Below are positions 9,907 to 19,346 of a DNA stretch of 53,744 bases, in pieces (position 1 is the stretch's first letter; each line of letters opens with the position of its first letter). The notes beneath the pieces were generated by a model, which was not told the DNA's origin, did no database searches, and saw nothing but the letters and a program-made list of their open reading frames with translations. This DNA is from a virus (taxonomy: Duplodnaviria; Caudoviricetes). The translations under genes were made by a program, and so were the position numbers. The DNA is taken from IMG/VR virus record IMGVR_UViG_3300025590_000010, positions 1 through 53,744 of that record; one strand, 5' to 3'.

Positions 9907-10329
9907 TTACTTAGTGAAACCTGCGCCAAAGTAGAGACCTACGATAGCGGATACGATGTGTGTGTCTAGGGGTGTGATAACAAAGCCACGTGCTGCCTGC
10001 CATTGTACTGTACCGTCACCGCCAAACAGCCAGTTAAATAAGCCACCATGTACCTCAGTGTAGCCTACGATAACGCTGACCTCAGGATACCACACAGCAA
10101 CTAGCTTTGGCAAGACTATAATAGCAAAGATTGAGGATAAGGCTATGAGCCTACGTGTCCAAGCGAAGTGTGTGTCAGTCTTGCCATGCTCTCTGGCTTG
10201 CTGCATACCACTGATCATCATCTCTTGCTGCTTAGCTTTGTTCTTAGTGTTCTGCCCCCAGATAGACATGACTGCGCCTAGCACGGTGGAGAAGAGCATT
10301 GTGATAAGTTCTAGGGGGAGACCAAACAT
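9907..10329 (-). CDS. Membrane protein, putative holin
   Basis: Two to three hydrophobic segments, ends IVGLYFG; directly downstream of lysin gene. Confidence 0.55.
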   Translation of the reverse strand: MFGLPLELITMLFSTVLGAVMSIWGQNTKNKAKQQEMMISGMQQAREHGKTDTHFAWTRRLIALSSIFAIIVLPKLVAVWYPEVSVIVGYTEVHGGLFNWLFGGDGTVQWQAARGFVITPLDTHIVSAIVGLYFGAGFTK

Positions 10330-12104
10330 TAGGAGTTCTCGTTGACAAAGATAGCGAGTTTAAGCTTGTCTGCAGGTGAATATGTTTGATAGCTATTTCC
10401 TGTTCGATTCGACACTTTGGTTATCTCTGTAACAGCAGGTGGTGTTAAACCCTTAGAAGCGGCCCACGCATCAATACGTGCTTTAGTGCCTGTTCCTATA
10501 TCTCCATCTACACCCCTACCTGTTAAACCTACTTCTATCTGTGCAGCATATTCGTCACGTAGTTCAAGCTCCGCTCTCTCTGCAGGAGAGGCAGCGTTTA
10601 GTACATTCTCCCAGCGCTCTTGTGCAGTTTCCCTATCTGCACCGCTGTTGATAGCGTTGTTTAGTGTCTTTGCCGACATGGTATCAGCACTGGAAGAGTC
10701 TACCCCTAGTATATCCATCATAGCAAGTGTGGCAGGTAAAGCGTATCTCTCATCATTAACTAACTCAGGGTTTGCCATTAAGTCTATGTTTAGACCTGTC
10801 TCTGCTAGTCTATCTTGAACTGCTTGATAATTAGCTCTTCCTGTTATCTGTACTAAACCACGGCCTTTGTATGTAGACCCATCGCCACTCGCAATATCTC
10901 CATTACCATTTCTACCAGCATATTGAACATCAAAGATGGTATCTCCCAAGCGACCTTCTGAGTTAAGCTGATTCGCTAAGGGTGTTGCATTTCCGTTTCT
11001 GTCTAGTAGACCCGCATCAATAGATCTTTGACGCCAAGTACCTGTAAAGTCTTCTAAGTTTGAAAGGCTATAAGGATCTTCTGTTCTAGGGCCATCAGTT
11101 CCTACTTCTGTTTTTACTGCACCTTTAAGTAGTGCTGATTCTTTACCTACTAAACCGGAATCTTCAAGGCTTTTCTCCATAGTAGGCTTGTCAAAAGAAC
11201 CATCCTTATTGATAGGGAGTCCTTGAGACTTTTGCCAAGACGGGCCTCTATCTGACAAAGCTGTACGCTCTTCTGCAGTAAGAGGTCTACTCATAAGACC
11301 TGCATCTTTAGCAGGAGGCGCAGTACCTCTTTCAACAGCAGACGGTATTTCTACAGGTGTATCTTCTACAGGTGTATCTTCTACAGGTGTATCTTCTGCT
11401 GTTGTATCCGTAGGTGTGACTGTGCTATCTGACAATCGTGGGCTATCTGGTACACCACGTGGTTTAGGCACACCTTCAAAGCGTGGGTCTGGTACAGTAA
11501 CCTTCTCACCTGGGCGAATCAAGTCAGGGTTCTTGATCTGTGGATTAGCATCAATGACATCCTGTACAGGTACACCCTTCTCTTCTGCAATAGCAGTTAG
11601 AGTGTCACCAGCCTTAACTTCAATCTCTTCTACAGTGATAGGCTCAGGCTGTAGTGCATCCTGCAGTACATCCATATCAAGGTTAGGCTCTGGTTCTTCC
11701 TCACCCATCTTACCTGTGTATACCTCTGGTACATCAACACCTAGCGCTTCGTACAATGCACGATCTGCTGCTGTAGTCTCAAAGGGTAGACCTCCCTGTG
11801 GCGCAGTGTCATTGTCAGAGCCACCATCATAGGGTGCAAACATAGGGCTATCATAGAAAGATACACCTGAGTCACCATCATCATCCTTACGATCACTAGG
11901 TAAGTCTGCACCAGCACCAGAGAACAGATTAGCTATACTCTCAAAGAATCCTGGCTCATCCTTATCATCATCTTTAGCTGTAGCATTAGAGGTGTTACTC
12001 ATAAGCCCTGATGAGCTAGAAGCACTAGGATTGCCGTAGCCCTCTGAGCCACCTAAGTTGCGAGGATCAGCACTTGTAATACCTTGTGTGTTATAATTGG
12101 GCAT
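10329..12104 (-). CDS. LysM + glycoside hydrolase family 19 (chitinase/lysozyme-like) peptidoglycan hydrolase
   Basis: LysM: VKAGDTLTAIA...NPQIKNPDLIRPGEKVTVP; GH19: DGSTYKGRGLVQITGRANY, NPELV; likely start ATG 12104 with AAGGA upstream. Confidence 0.8.
   Translation of the reverse strand: MPNYNTQGITSADPRNLGGSEGYGNPSASSSSGLMSNTSNATAKDDDKDEPGFFESIANLFSGAGADLPSDRKDDDGDSGVSFYDSPMFAPYDGGSDNDTAPQGGLPFETTAADRALYEALGVDVPEVYTGKMGEEEPEPNLDMDVLQDALQPEPITVEEIEVKAGDTLTAIAEEKGVPVQDVIDANPQIKNPDLIRPGEKVTVPDPRFEGVPKPRGVPDSPRLSDSTVTPTDTTAEDTPVEDTPVEDTPVEIPSAVERGTAPPAKDAGLMSRPLTAEERTALSDRGPSWQKSQGLPINKDGSFDKPTMEKSLEDSGLVGKESALLKGAVKTEVGTDGPRTEDPYSLSNLEDFTGTWRQRSIDAGLLDRNGNATPLANQLNSEGRLGDTIFDVQYAGRNGNGDIASGDGSTYKGRGLVQITGRANYQAVQDRLAETGLNIDLMANPELVNDERYALPATLAMMDILGVDSSSADTMSAKTLNNAINSGADRETAQERWENVLNAASPAERAELELRDEYAAQIEVGLTGRGVDGDIGTGTKARIDAWAASKGLTPPAVTEITKVSNRTGNSYQTYSPADKLKLAIFVNENS
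11349..11397. repeat. 15-bp coding tandem repeat x3 (EDTPV)
   Basis: TTCTACAGGTGTATC three times in the lysin linker. Confidence 0.9.
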
Positions 12105-12114
12105 GTCTTTATCC

Positions 12115-15051
12115 TTACTTACCAAACATGATGTCTGCAGCGTTAGAAGCAATAGCACCCATGAACGTACCTGCAGCAGCGCTAAGAGCCGAACCACTTT
12201 CATCCTCTGCACTCTCGGTTATCTTAGCTACAGTAATCTTAGCATCCCTATCACTAGCATTCTCTGCAGACTGCCAAGCCCAAGCCAGAGTATCACGCTC
12301 ACGCTGAATAGCGTTGTTATACCCTGTTGTGGTGAAGTTATTAGCTGCTATTGCTTCATCACGGTTTGCTTGGTTTAATGCAGCGTTATCCATGGTAGTA
12401 ATAGCCTGTGACCACTGTGCGTTAGCCTGTGCTACAACTAGCTGGTTCTGTGCATTGAACTGATCACGAGTATTCTGCTGTACTGCATTGAACTGAGACA
12501 GTGCATTAGCCTCACCAGCGTTAAACTTCTCCATAGCATTATACTGTTCATTGTTAAACTGATTAATGTTATTCTGTAAGTTAGAGAAGAACATACCAAC
12601 CTGATCATCACTAGAAGCGTTGAACTGTCTAGCAGCATTAGCAGCTGCAGTATCAGAGGTATACACACTAGCTAGGCTCTGCGCTTTAAACATAGCCACT
12701 TGCTGTTGGTTACTCATGCTAGTCATATCAAAGTCTAGGAAAGCCTGAGCACGTTGTACGTTAGCCTGCTGTCTATTGTTTAGGTTAGCCATGTCTAACT
12801 GTGACATAGCTGCAGCATCTGCCATAACCTTAGCATTCCTAGCATCTAGGTTAGCAATGTCTACAGTCTGAGCCATACGAGCATTCTCTAGGGCTACCTG
12901 CTGTTCAGCTGTGAAGTTAATCTTAGCTACGTCAGCGATACGTGCAGCATTCTGTACACGTGACTGGAACTCTTGGTCAAACTCCATACCCAAGAACTTA
13001 GCACGTTGCTCTGCAGCAAATACAGCAGCCTGTTGACGGTTAGATAAGTTCTGCGCCTCAAAGCTTGCACGTGTCTGTGCATCTGCCATAGCGATAGGTA
13101 GTGCAGACTCCATAGCAGCCTGTACAATAGCCTGACCAGCCATGCTTGATGCACCTAGACCACGAGAAGCTAGAGCAGATGTAGCAGCCCTCATAGCTCC
13201 TGCTGCCCATGCTGGTGTGTCACCACCCTCAAACTGTTCTAGCAGTCCTGTAAGTTGTCCCTGTACAGTAGCCTCAGTAGATGGTACACCTGTAGCTGCA
13301 GCAAAGTTAGTCTCTGCTTTAGCACGTTCAAAGTCTACAGCACTAGTTACCTGCATCTCAGGTGTAACTTCTAGGGGTGCTACAGCCTCTACACGTTGAG
13401 CACGACTTAGCTGTTCAGCAGTTAAGCCTAGCTGTGCTAACTCAGAGGTAGACATTGTAGCTGCATCAGCCAATGCCTGAGCACTAGGCTTACCAGTTAC
13501 AGCAGTAAGCTTAGACATGACACTAGCTACTTCTGCAGCAGCCTCTTTAGGTGTCATACCTGCAGCTTCAAACTCTTTTGCTAGAGGCACATCAGCAGCA
13601 ATGTTAGCCTCTGTCTGTGTAGCAGTAGCAGCTACTGCAGGAGCCTGACCTGTACCCTCAGCAATCATACCAGCATCTGCTTGTGCTTGAGAAGTAGTTA
13701 CTACATCAGCCTTAGTAGTCAAGGATGCAGGATCTGTAAGAGCAGCAGACTGTAGCTCTGTTGTGCTAGGTGTACCTATACGTGCTACGTTTGCACTAGC
13801 CTGTGTTAGTCTAGCCTTAGCTTGAGTAACCTTGATCTGCTGATCATCTACAAGCTTCTGCATTACCTCTCGTTGAGGATCATCAGCTGGAAGGTCAGAC
13901 AGTTGCTGTTGCAAGGCGGTTAGTGCACCCTGCTCCTGAGATACAGCAGTCTGTGCCGTGTCTAATGAAGCCCCTACATCAGTAAGTGCTTCGCCTGCTT
14001 GGGTGTACTGGTTCTGTCTATACAAGTCTAGCTGTTGAGTGTATTGTTCTTGAGCAGCACCATAGGCTTTGAAAGGCTCAGATTCTTTATACTGCTGCAG
14101 AACATTAGCTATATTAGCTGCTTCGGCCTCTATGCTTGCACGTTTTCTGTAGGGAGACTTTAGTGTAGTACCATCAGCATACGTGATAGTCCAGTTTTTA
14201 CTGCTACCAGTTATCTCATAGTCTGTAGGGTTTTCTGGTAGATTACCTGTAGCAAACATAGTGTCTATGCCTGTAACATTACTCTCAGTACCGCCTGCTA
14301 TCTGCGATCTAAAAGGTGCATAATCAGCTTCTGTTACACCCTCAGGTGCAGTAGGTAGACCTTGTGATGGATCATAAAAGCCTCCCGCATCTGTACCCTC
14401 TGATACTGTACCTCCTGCTACACCTACTTTCCCTGCCTGTAAAGCATCGTCTGACGTGATCTTACCGTCTCTGTTGAAATCATATTGTAAGTCTACAGGA
14501 GTAATACCAGTAGACATCTTCATAATATCCTGTAGAGTTTGGTTTGTTACGTCACCTGAGTACAGAGAAGATGGTTCTACAGCACGTTCATTTACACCTG
14601 TATAACGTTCCTGAAATACTTCTTGGCCTGTAGTATAAGTTGGGCCTTGTTGCCCTGCACCCGTAGCAAACCCACCAGTAGTATTAGGCGTGTTAGTATT
14701 AAGGAAGTCCTGCGCAGATGTTATACCAGCATTCGCATAAGGCTGTCCTAGATTGGGAGAGTTTATTCTATTGTTAATCTGGAAAGGGGTAAGGTTTTTA
14801 CCTGAGATAGGATCAAACACTTTAGTTGTAGTATCAGCCATACCACCATCAGCGTAACCCTGCTTCTTAGCATAGCCACCAGCAGCCATACCAATGCGTT
14901 GCTGTGCTAGTTCAGCCATACGGCCTACACGTGCAGCTGCACCTGGTTGTGAAGCTAAGAACTTAGTCTGCTCATCAGCCTGCATACCCTGCATCTCAGG
15001 TATAATCTTACCCATCTGTTCAGGTGTAAACCCACCAAACCGTTTAGCCAT
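12115..15051 (-). CDS. Putative internal virion protein
   Basis: 978 aa, Ala/Gln-rich C-terminal half with QFNA repeats; N-terminal MAAGG/YADGG motifs. Confidence 0.65.
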   Translation of the reverse strand: MAKRFGGFTPEQMGKIIPEMQGMQADEQTKFLASQPGAAARVGRMAELAQQRIGMAAGGYAKKQGYADGGMADTTTKVFDPISGKNLTPFQINNRINSPNLGQPYANAGITSAQDFLNTNTPNTTGGFATGAGQQGPTYTTGQEVFQERYTGVNERAVEPSSLYSGDVTNQTLQDIMKMSTGITPVDLQYDFNRDGKITSDDALQAGKVGVAGGTVSEGTDAGGFYDPSQGLPTAPEGVTEADYAPFRSQIAGGTESNVTGIDTMFATGNLPENPTDYEITGSSKNWTITYADGTTLKSPYRKRASIEAEAANIANVLQQYKESEPFKAYGAAQEQYTQQLDLYRQNQYTQAGEALTDVGASLDTAQTAVSQEQGALTALQQQLSDLPADDPQREVMQKLVDDQQIKVTQAKARLTQASANVARIGTPSTTELQSAALTDPASLTTKADVVTTSQAQADAGMIAEGTGQAPAVAATATQTEANIAADVPLAKEFEAAGMTPKEAAAEVASVMSKLTAVTGKPSAQALADAATMSTSELAQLGLTAEQLSRAQRVEAVAPLEVTPEMQVTSAVDFERAKAETNFAAATGVPSTEATVQGQLTGLLEQFEGGDTPAWAAGAMRAATSALASRGLGASSMAGQAIVQAAMESALPIAMADAQTRASFEAQNLSNRQQAAVFAAEQRAKFLGMEFDQEFQSRVQNAARIADVAKINFTAEQQVALENARMAQTVDIANLDARNAKVMADAAAMSQLDMANLNNRQQANVQRAQAFLDFDMTSMSNQQQVAMFKAQSLASVYTSDTAAANAARQFNASSDDQVGMFFSNLQNNINQFNNEQYNAMEKFNAGEANALSQFNAVQQNTRDQFNAQNQLVVAQANAQWSQAITTMDNAALNQANRDEAIAANNFTTTGYNNAIQRERDTLAWAWQSAENASDRDAKITVAKITESAEDESGSALSAAAGTFMGAIASNAADIMFGK

Positions 15052-15065
15052 TATAATAGTCCTTA

Positions 15066-15320
15066 TTAATTACCTAGCTTCATCCAGATTGCAGCCGCAA
15101 TGAAGGTAAACACAGCAATGGTAGTTATCTTTATGAAGGTGTTCCATATGCTTTGACGGGTCTGACGCCACGTTTCAAGCAAGCTACGTATCTCACGTAT
15201 GTCTACAGCAGCTGTTTCGTCCTGTAAGCCAAGCTCACGCAGGACTAGCTTAGCCCCACGCTTAGCAGACCTGTCTAGCATTTCCTCTAGCTCTTCTGTT
15301 GTTAGCTTAATGTCAGACAT
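15066..15320 (-). CDS. DUF6127-like small protein with C-terminal transmembrane helix
   Basis: EEMLDRSAKRGA...LGL.DE.A..DIREIRSLL pattern plus hydrophobic C-terminus. Confidence 0.6.
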   Translation of the reverse strand: MSDIKLTTEELEEMLDRSAKRGAKLVLRELGLQDETAAVDIREIRSLLETWRQTRQSIWNTFIKITTIAVFTFIAAAIWMKLGN

Positions 15321-15330
15321 AGCCTACGTC

Positions 15331-15834
15331 CTATGGCTTAGTAGGCCAGTCAGCCTCATCCAAGTGAGGCCAGTTAGCGTGGCTTGTGATGTTACGCAGT
15401 GCTTGACGATATGCTGTTTGTTCAGCTGTCATAGTCAAGTCAGAAGATGCCCACCAGTCTGTTTCACCAATCAAGCGGTCACGCTGTGTGCGATTACTCT
15501 CTGCTGCATTGCTGTCTAGCTGTGCTTGGTATGCTGCCTCATGTTCAGCCTTGGTGGTTGTTACACCATCCTCAGTTGTGTCACTAAACATGTCAGCAAC
15601 TTCCCATGCCTCAACCCAGTTGCCTTTAGCATCCTGTGTAACACCATTGCGGCGTACTGATTGGTATGCACCAATGCCTTCTGTAGGCTTAGGCGCACGT
15701 AGAACAGGGTCTACACTGAGTGCGTCAAACACATTGCTTGTCCACACTTTAGGCATGGACATGTTAGGGTTTTCTTTGCGTAACTGGCCTTGAGATTTAA
15801 GCTCACCAGTTGTGCGATCACGATATTCAGTCAT
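15331..15834 (-). CDS. Tail fibre assembly chaperone
   Basis: RTQRDRLIGETDW...YRQALRNIT...WPTKP C-terminal motif; follows fibre genes. Confidence 0.8.
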   Translation of the reverse strand: MTEYRDRTTGELKSQGQLRKENPNMSMPKVWTSNVFDALSVDPVLRAPKPTEGIGAYQSVRRNGVTQDAKGNWVEAWEVADMFSDTTEDGVTTTKAEHEAAYQAQLDSNAAESNRTQRDRLIGETDWWASSDLTMTAEQTAYRQALRNITSHANWPHLDEADWPTKP

Positions 15835-15891
15835 TAGTTGATACTCCTTGTATGACCTTGAGTATTAGCACGTGAGTGCGTTGCGTATGCG

Positions 15892-17844
15892 TTATGCGAC
15901 TGCGTAGAAGATGTATTCAGCCCCAGATGTATTTATTGATGCGCCAGTATTAACTGTAAAGCCGCTATTGTTAGGGTCAATGATGTCAGTGTTTGTCACG
16001 GCGTTAGCAGTGCTAGACATATCAAAATAAGGGTCATCTCCAGCTACAATGCCACGCACAGAATCCCATACAAGCCAGCCGCTACTTGCTGATGTTGCAG
16101 ACTTGATGAGAATAAACCTAGCCCCAGATGAAAAACCGCAGTCTATAGTTTGGCTGGCCCCATTTCCCGAAAACGATCCTACTTTGCTAACACCACTAAG
16201 GGTGGCAAAAAGGTATGCAATGTATCTGCTCCCGTTTCCATTGACATTAAGTGAATTGCCAAGAGAAAAAACCTCATCGGTTGGTGCTGTGTCGTTCCAG
16301 TAGACGGAAGATGTAGTCTCATTGCTTGCGGTGTCCAACACCAAGTTTTTAGTAGCCCCCCTAGACGCATGATAAACAGACCAAGAACCAGCTTGGTTGA
16401 GCCTTTTTACCCATATCATCTCAGGAGCAACCCCAAGTCCGTGGGTTACAGTGTTTCCAGACGAACCGTCTCCTTCATAGTTGACTATGTCCAAGTAGTG
16501 AGGAGCACGCTTCCACATCCAACCAAAGTAAGCAGAATAACCGTACCGATAACCGTCCTGATAACCAAAGTGCGCCAAACTATCACCTGTCTGCGCACTG
16601 GATCCATCTGTTGTTACATACTGAGGTCCACGCAACCTGTCATTAACTCTACGGGGGTCACCATCCCTTGTAACAATAGCCATGTCCACAGTAAATCCAG
16701 CCGTGAAAGAAGGTGGGTCGTAATATGTTGCGCCCGATTGCTGGTAGGCAGCGGCAAAAACATCTGCCCCACTTTCAGGTATTTTAGTCCCTCTACGGAT
16801 AGCCATGTAGATGTAATCTGAGCCGCCTGAATTAAGTGCTGAACTACTGCCATTAACCCTAAAACCTGTAGCTGTTAACTCAAAAGTGTCACCTAAAGAG
16901 GTGTAGGTGGTGCTGGATGAATTAGGGCGCAAAAGGGGGTCAGTCCCAAACTCAGCTACAATGCCACGCATAGAGTCAGCTATGAACCAATCACCATTGC
17001 CATCCGCTTTCTTGACAAGCAAAAACTGAGGCTGGAAACCTAATTCTACCTCTTTATACCCGTCTGGATAACCATTGTTACCTGTGTAGTTGCCACACTT
17101 AATGATGTCTTGATCCCCTGTAGGGCCGAACTCACCGTCACCATCGTTGTGGGCGAATAGGTAGGCGACATAACTATCGTTATTGATGTTATTACTGCCT
17201 CCTAAAGTAAACACGCTGTCTGTTGGAGCCGTGTCATTCCAAGCACTAGAATCATCTAGCGCAGCGTCACTAACATGTAGTCGAAGATAATCTGTCTCAG
17301 GCGATGCGCCTGGAGATGTGGCTGCTGTGCTGAGCATGCGGTGATAAACATTCCAACCAAAGCTACTATCTAAATTCTTAACGATAATCATACCAGGAAC
17401 ACTACCAAGATTGTGGCTGACTGTACGACTAGAAGTACCATTCCCAGTGTAAGTCACCACATCAAAGAACTTAGGGGCTTTGCGGAATGTCCAAGAGACG
17501 TAGTCTAAATCACTATTAGTGAACCCACTAAATGCACCAAGGGTAAAACCATCTGTGTTGAAGGAGGTCATATAGGTACTAGAATAGTTCTTCGCAGCGG
17601 TGCTGGCTGTCTCCAAGTAATTCCCTGCACCCATCTCCGTATCTGTAATAGTTGAAGAAGAGAACGCATTCCTTGCCTTAAACCACACCATGCCTCCCTC
17701 AGTAGCTAAGTCTATATTATTAGTTATAGTCTGACCGCCTACCTGAGTTTGAGTCCCGTGATACAAATAAGTGCTGAACACATCCTCTACGTTCAGGGCT
17801 TCATCACCAGCGGCAGACATCATTAGCTTTTTAATATTGCTCAT
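15892..17844 (-). CDS. Tail fibre / receptor-binding protein with repeated beta modules
   Basis: Repeated YTGNG...HNLG..P.MI.VK...W.VYH modules. Confidence 0.7.
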   Translation of the reverse strand: MSNIKKLMMSAAGDEALNVEDVFSTYLYHGTQTQVGGQTITNNIDLATEGGMVWFKARNAFSSSTITDTEMGAGNYLETASTAAKNYSSTYMTSFNTDGFTLGAFSGFTNSDLDYVSWTFRKAPKFFDVVTYTGNGTSSRTVSHNLGSVPGMIIVKNLDSSFGWNVYHRMLSTAATSPGASPETDYLRLHVSDAALDDSSAWNDTAPTDSVFTLGGSNNINNDSYVAYLFAHNDGDGEFGPTGDQDIIKCGNYTGNNGYPDGYKEVELGFQPQFLLVKKADGNGDWFIADSMRGIVAEFGTDPLLRPNSSSTTYTSLGDTFELTATGFRVNGSSSALNSGGSDYIYMAIRRGTKIPESGADVFAAAYQQSGATYYDPPSFTAGFTVDMAIVTRDGDPRRVNDRLRGPQYVTTDGSSAQTGDSLAHFGYQDGYRYGYSAYFGWMWKRAPHYLDIVNYEGDGSSGNTVTHGLGVAPEMIWVKRLNQAGSWSVYHASRGATKNLVLDTASNETTSSVYWNDTAPTDEVFSLGNSLNVNGNGSRYIAYLFATLSGVSKVGSFSGNGASQTIDCGFSSGARFILIKSATSASSGWLVWDSVRGIVAGDDPYFDMSSTANAVTNTDIIDPNNSGFTVNTGASINTSGAEYIFYAVA

Positions 17845-17850
17845 TCTATA

Positions 17851-19335
17851 TTACCCTAAGTTTAACCCTGCTGTGAAGCCCTGCCAAGTAGTGCCACCAT
17901 CATATGTGTAGAACACAAACTGATCTACTGCAGATGCTGTACTTGTAAGTTGTGGCGCACCTGATGCTGCATACTGATCTAAGCTAGGCCACACTACAGC
18001 AGCAGGCCATGTTACAGTATAACCACTAGCACTTGCATCCTGTACAATCTTTAGTGAGAAGCCATAGGCTGTACCGCTTGATGGTGGATTACTGAATGTA
18101 AACGTAGTGTTTTCACTTAGTGTGTGGCTGAATACGTTACCTGCTTCACAGTTAATTGTTGTGCTACCACCTGATGACGTTACAGCTTGATAGGTTTCAT
18201 TGTAGGATGATACTATAAGTTCGCCATCAATGTCAACATCACCAGTGTAAGTTTCTAGTGAAAAACTTGTAAGTTTTGTATCAAGCTGTGTTTGGATGTT
18301 AGAAGTTACACCGTCTACAAAGTTTAACTCTGCTGTAGAGGCTGTTACACCATCCAGAATGTTAAGCTCTGCTGTAGAGGCTGTTACGCCATCCAGAATG
18401 TTAAGCTCTGCAGTTGTAGCAGTAACACCATCTAGGATGTTTAGCTCTGCAGAAAGTGCTGTAACGCCTAGATCACTTAACCCATCTGGTTTAGAATCTA
18501 GTGCAGCCTCTAGCCCATCTACGTTAGCGATAGTGTGGTTGTGGCTATCATCAGCAATGACTGTAGTAATAGTGATGTTAGAGGAGCCATCAAAGTTAGC
18601 TGCACCCGATACGTCACCGCCTAGGGTGATAGTACGTGCTGTTGTAAGAGCATCTGCTGTTGCTGCCACACCAGAGATAGATGCATTAATGCTACCTGTA
18701 ACAGTAAGGTCACCGTCTACATCAGCATTACCTGTAACATTTAAAGTACCTACATTAGCAGTGTCTACTGCAGCAGTGTCAATGTTAGCTGTACCATCAA
18801 TGTACAGGTTACGCCACTCAGAACCTACAGCACCTAAGTCATACGTATCATCTGTAGCAGGTAGTACATTAGAGCTTACATCAGCAGCAAAGCTAACGGT
18901 GTCAGTGGCTGCATCACCAAAGGTAAGGTTACCTGCGATAGTAGCATTGCCAGTTACAGTGAGGTTACCACCAATAGTAGCGTTGCTTGTTACAGCTAAG
19001 GTGTCCTGTAGTGTAGTAGCACCCTGTACGTTTACTGTGCCATCTACATCAGCGTTACCTTCAAGGAACAGATCTTTATAGCGAACTGCATCAGTACCCA
19101 AACTAATTACATTTGTAGTCTTAGGGCGTAGCAGAGTAGCTGTAGCTATAATATCTTGTACAGGGCCAAGCCTTGTAATAGGCGCACCATTCTCAGCCGT
19201 ACCATCATGTACATGTCCTGTAGAATTATTGAACGCTGCATCAATAGCGTTAAACTCATTATCAAAGTCATCAGCATCAATTACGTTGCCGTTAGCAATG
19301 TTATTAGCTGTGTCTTGGCGTGTATAACCTGCCAT
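17851..19335 (-). CDS. Tail fibre protein
   Basis: Podovirus-type N-terminus (GYTRQ...IDADDFDNEFNAI..AF), G.L.V.G repeats, AELNILDGVT repeats. Confidence 0.8.
   Translation of the reverse strand: MAGYTRQDTANNIANGNVIDADDFDNEFNAIDAAFNNSTGHVHDGTAENGAPITRLGPVQDIIATATLLRPKTTNVISLGTDAVRYKDLFLEGNADVDGTVNVQGATTLQDTLAVTSNATIGGNLTVTGNATIAGNLTFGDAATDTVSFAADVSSNVLPATDDTYDLGAVGSEWRNLYIDGTANIDTAAVDTANVGTLNVTGNADVDGDLTVTGSINASISGVAATADALTTARTITLGGDVSGAANFDGSSNITITTVIADDSHNHTIANVDGLEAALDSKPDGLSDLGVTALSAELNILDGVTATTAELNILDGVTASTAELNILDGVTASTAELNFVDGVTSNIQTQLDTKLTSFSLETYTGDVDIDGELIVSSYNETYQAVTSSGGSTTINCEAGNVFSHTLSENTTFTFSNPPSSGTAYGFSLKIVQDASASGYTVTWPAAVVWPSLDQYAASGAPQLTSTASAVDQFVFYTYDGGTTWQGFTAGLNLG
18304..18460. 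repeat. 39-bp coding tandem repeat x4 (TAELNILDGVTAS)
   Basis: Four near-identical 13-aa units in the tail fibre. Confidence 0.85.
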
Positions 19336-19346
19336 ATCAGTTTTCC

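Noticed and set aside
15892-17844. Diversity-generating retroelement target in the receptor-binding gene
   Set aside because: No reverse transcriptase gene and no template/variable repeat pair seen
18304-18460. 39-bp repeats as a possible CRISPR array
   Set aside because: Repeats are contiguous with no unique spacers and encode in-frame 13-aa fibre repeats
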